Shown in pieces: positions 54,924 through 56,249 of a DNA stretch of 56,249 nt. This DNA is from a virus (lineage: Duplodnaviria > Caudoviricetes): IMG/VR virus record IMGVR_UViG_3300031857_000228, positions 1 through 56,249 of that record. The stretch is one strand, 5' to 3'. How positions within the stretch are numbered: the first letter of the stretch is position 1; each line of letters begins with the position of its first letter. The notes below the pieces were generated by a model that ran no database searches, was not told where the DNA came from, and saw nothing but the letters and a program-made list of their open reading frames with translations. The translations under genes and the position numbers were made by a program.

Positions 54924-55642
54924 TGCCAAGAGGTGGATCTACAGAATCTACGGCTGCGCCGGCCCCCGCCGCTGCCGCCACTGTGCCGACTCCGAGCAAA
55001 GCCGCCGCACCGGCTCCGAGCAAAGCCGCGAGCAAGCCCGCGCGCCGGCCGGCTCCGCCCAAGGTAGCGGAGCCCGTCGGCCCGTCGTTGGGCGAGCTGC
55101 TGGAGGCGTCTCGCGTAGGCCGTGAGAAGCCCTACATCGAAGCCCTCGGCCGCGTCGAGGCGCTGCGCCGGGAAGGGCAGATCGGTGCGGTTACCCGACC
55201 CGCGCCGCCCGTCGAGTTCGCGCGGAAGCCCAACGTCACGACCACGTACCCGTCGATGCAGCCGATGACGATCTCCAGCGGGTCGAAGCCGACGCCGATG
55301 GGCGCAGCCTCCAGCCAGCGGCCCGCGATGGTCGTGCGGCCGACGCAGGCGCCTACGCCACTCACGGCCGGAGAGCTTCAGACGCAGTCTCCGCGCCAGC
55401 TGGCGCAGCGTGCGATGCAGACCGGAGCAGAGTTCACCAAGGCAATCGGAGCGTATGAGCAGCAGAGGGCCGTGACGCAGGCCACCGTGCGGAGCCCCGA
55501 TGTCGCAAAGTCGGCGTTCCCTGGTCTCGCCGCAGAGCAGCGGAAGCGCCTGGAAGCAGTGCTGAACCTCGCGGCTCAGATGCGTGAATATGGATTCACG
55601 GGAACCAACGAAGAGCTGATAGGGAAGTTCGCGCCGAAGTAG
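54923..55642 (+). CDS. Pro/Ala-rich hypothetical virion protein
   Basis: TGATG coupling to the previous gene. Confidence 0.6.
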   Translation: MPRGGSTESTAAPAPAAAATVPTPSKAAAPAPSKAASKPARRPAPPKVAEPVGPSLGELLEASRVGREKPYIEALGRVEALRREGQIGAVTRPAPPVEFARKPNVTTTYPSMQPMTISSGSKPTPMGAASSQRPAMVVRPTQAPTPLTAGELQTQSPRQLAQRAMQTGAEFTKAIGAYEQQRAVTQATVRSPDVAKSAFPGLAAEQRKRLEAVLNLAAQMREYGFTGTNEELIGKFAPK

Positions 55643-55738
55643 CCGCCTCGACAGCACAGCCCTGCAACCGCCTCGTCAACATGATACGATGCGGGACGGC
55701 GCTCGTGTGTCTGGTTAGAGCGCCGTCTCGGAGCGAAT

Positions 55739-56249
55739 ATGGCGGACTCGCGCGAAAGGGACGAAGCGCTCAAGGAACTCGCGGCTGTGCGGCAGCAGCG
55801 CCGCGCCGAGGCCGAGCGCCTGCGCCAGATTGAGCAGGCCGAACGCGAAGCGACCTCGGCTTCTCTGGCTCGTCGTGCCCCGTCCGCCCCGACGGCGTCT
55901 AAGGCCGCACGGCCCCCTGCCCCGAAGGTAACTGCTCAGGCGGCTCCGATCAAGCCGGTCGTTGTCGAAACTCCGAAGTTCGAGCTGCCGCCCGACATCA
56001 AGCGCGAGGTCGATTACCGCCAGTTCTACGACGCTATGGAGGGGCCGACATTCGACTCCGCGCTGCGCGGGTTCAAGCTCGCGACGGGGCGGGACGCCGC
56101 GGAGTTCCGGCGTGTCGCCGAAGCGCAGGGCGTCGATCTCAACAGCATCTACGAGGCGCGGCGCAAGGGGCGCACCTTCGACGAGATCGCGCGAGCGAAC
56201 CGCGACCGTGGCGTCATCGGCTTCATGCCCGTCGCCGAGCGCGAAGCGG
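55739..56249 (+). CDS. Protein truncated at the window end (probable large internal virion protein)
   Basis: GGAG RBS and ATG at 55739 (MADSRERDEALKE...); open to the end of the window; possible promoter CTGCAA-17-TACGAT (55662-55690). Confidence 0.65.
   Translation, partial: MADSRERDEALKELAAVRQQRRAEAERLRQIEQAEREATSASLARRAPSAPTASKAARPPAPKVTAQAAPIKPVVVETPKFELPPDIKREVDYRQFYDAMEGPTFDSALRGFKLATGRDAAEFRRVAEAQGVDLNSIYEARRKGRTFDEIARANRDRGVIGFMPVAEREA

Overview
This window is most of the genome of a GC-rich tailed dsDNA phage. It looks podovirus-like: there are nozzle/adaptor-type and ejection-type proteins and no tape-measure, sheath or tube gene. No integrase, primase, rRNA, tRNA or CRISPR array was recognised. 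Layout: tail/lysis genes (1-5062); an XRE regulator divergent from a long replication/recombination region (5754-23566: SNF2-like helicase, Cas4-like nuclease, Sak4-like ATPase, SSB-like protein, Dam-like MTase, UDG-exonuclease-PolA fusion, DUF3310, Rad50-like ATPase, DUF927 helicase, TerS-like protein); a leftward early region of small genes (23569-29988); a palindrome- and repeat-rich, largely non-coding control region (30050-32900); an RNAP alpha-CTD-like protein; a leftward TerL-portal-scaffold block; a cluster of small basic proteins; and rightward capsid, tail and ejection genes. The most notable signals are: (1) a PolA with a substituted steric gate and minor-groove residues, fused to a remodelled UDG domain, in a replication region with no primase; (2) an N-terminal peptide shared by four unrelated proteins that resembles the scaffold C-terminal helix, a possible capsid cargo-loading tag; (3) a genome-wide 13-bp TACCG-N3-CGGTA operator family, often merged with TTGACG -35 boxes; (4) a repeated structured element with covarying stems; and (5) a hairpin whose loop is complementary to the RBS of three early genes. 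All family assignments come from motif recognition by eye, not from database searches.
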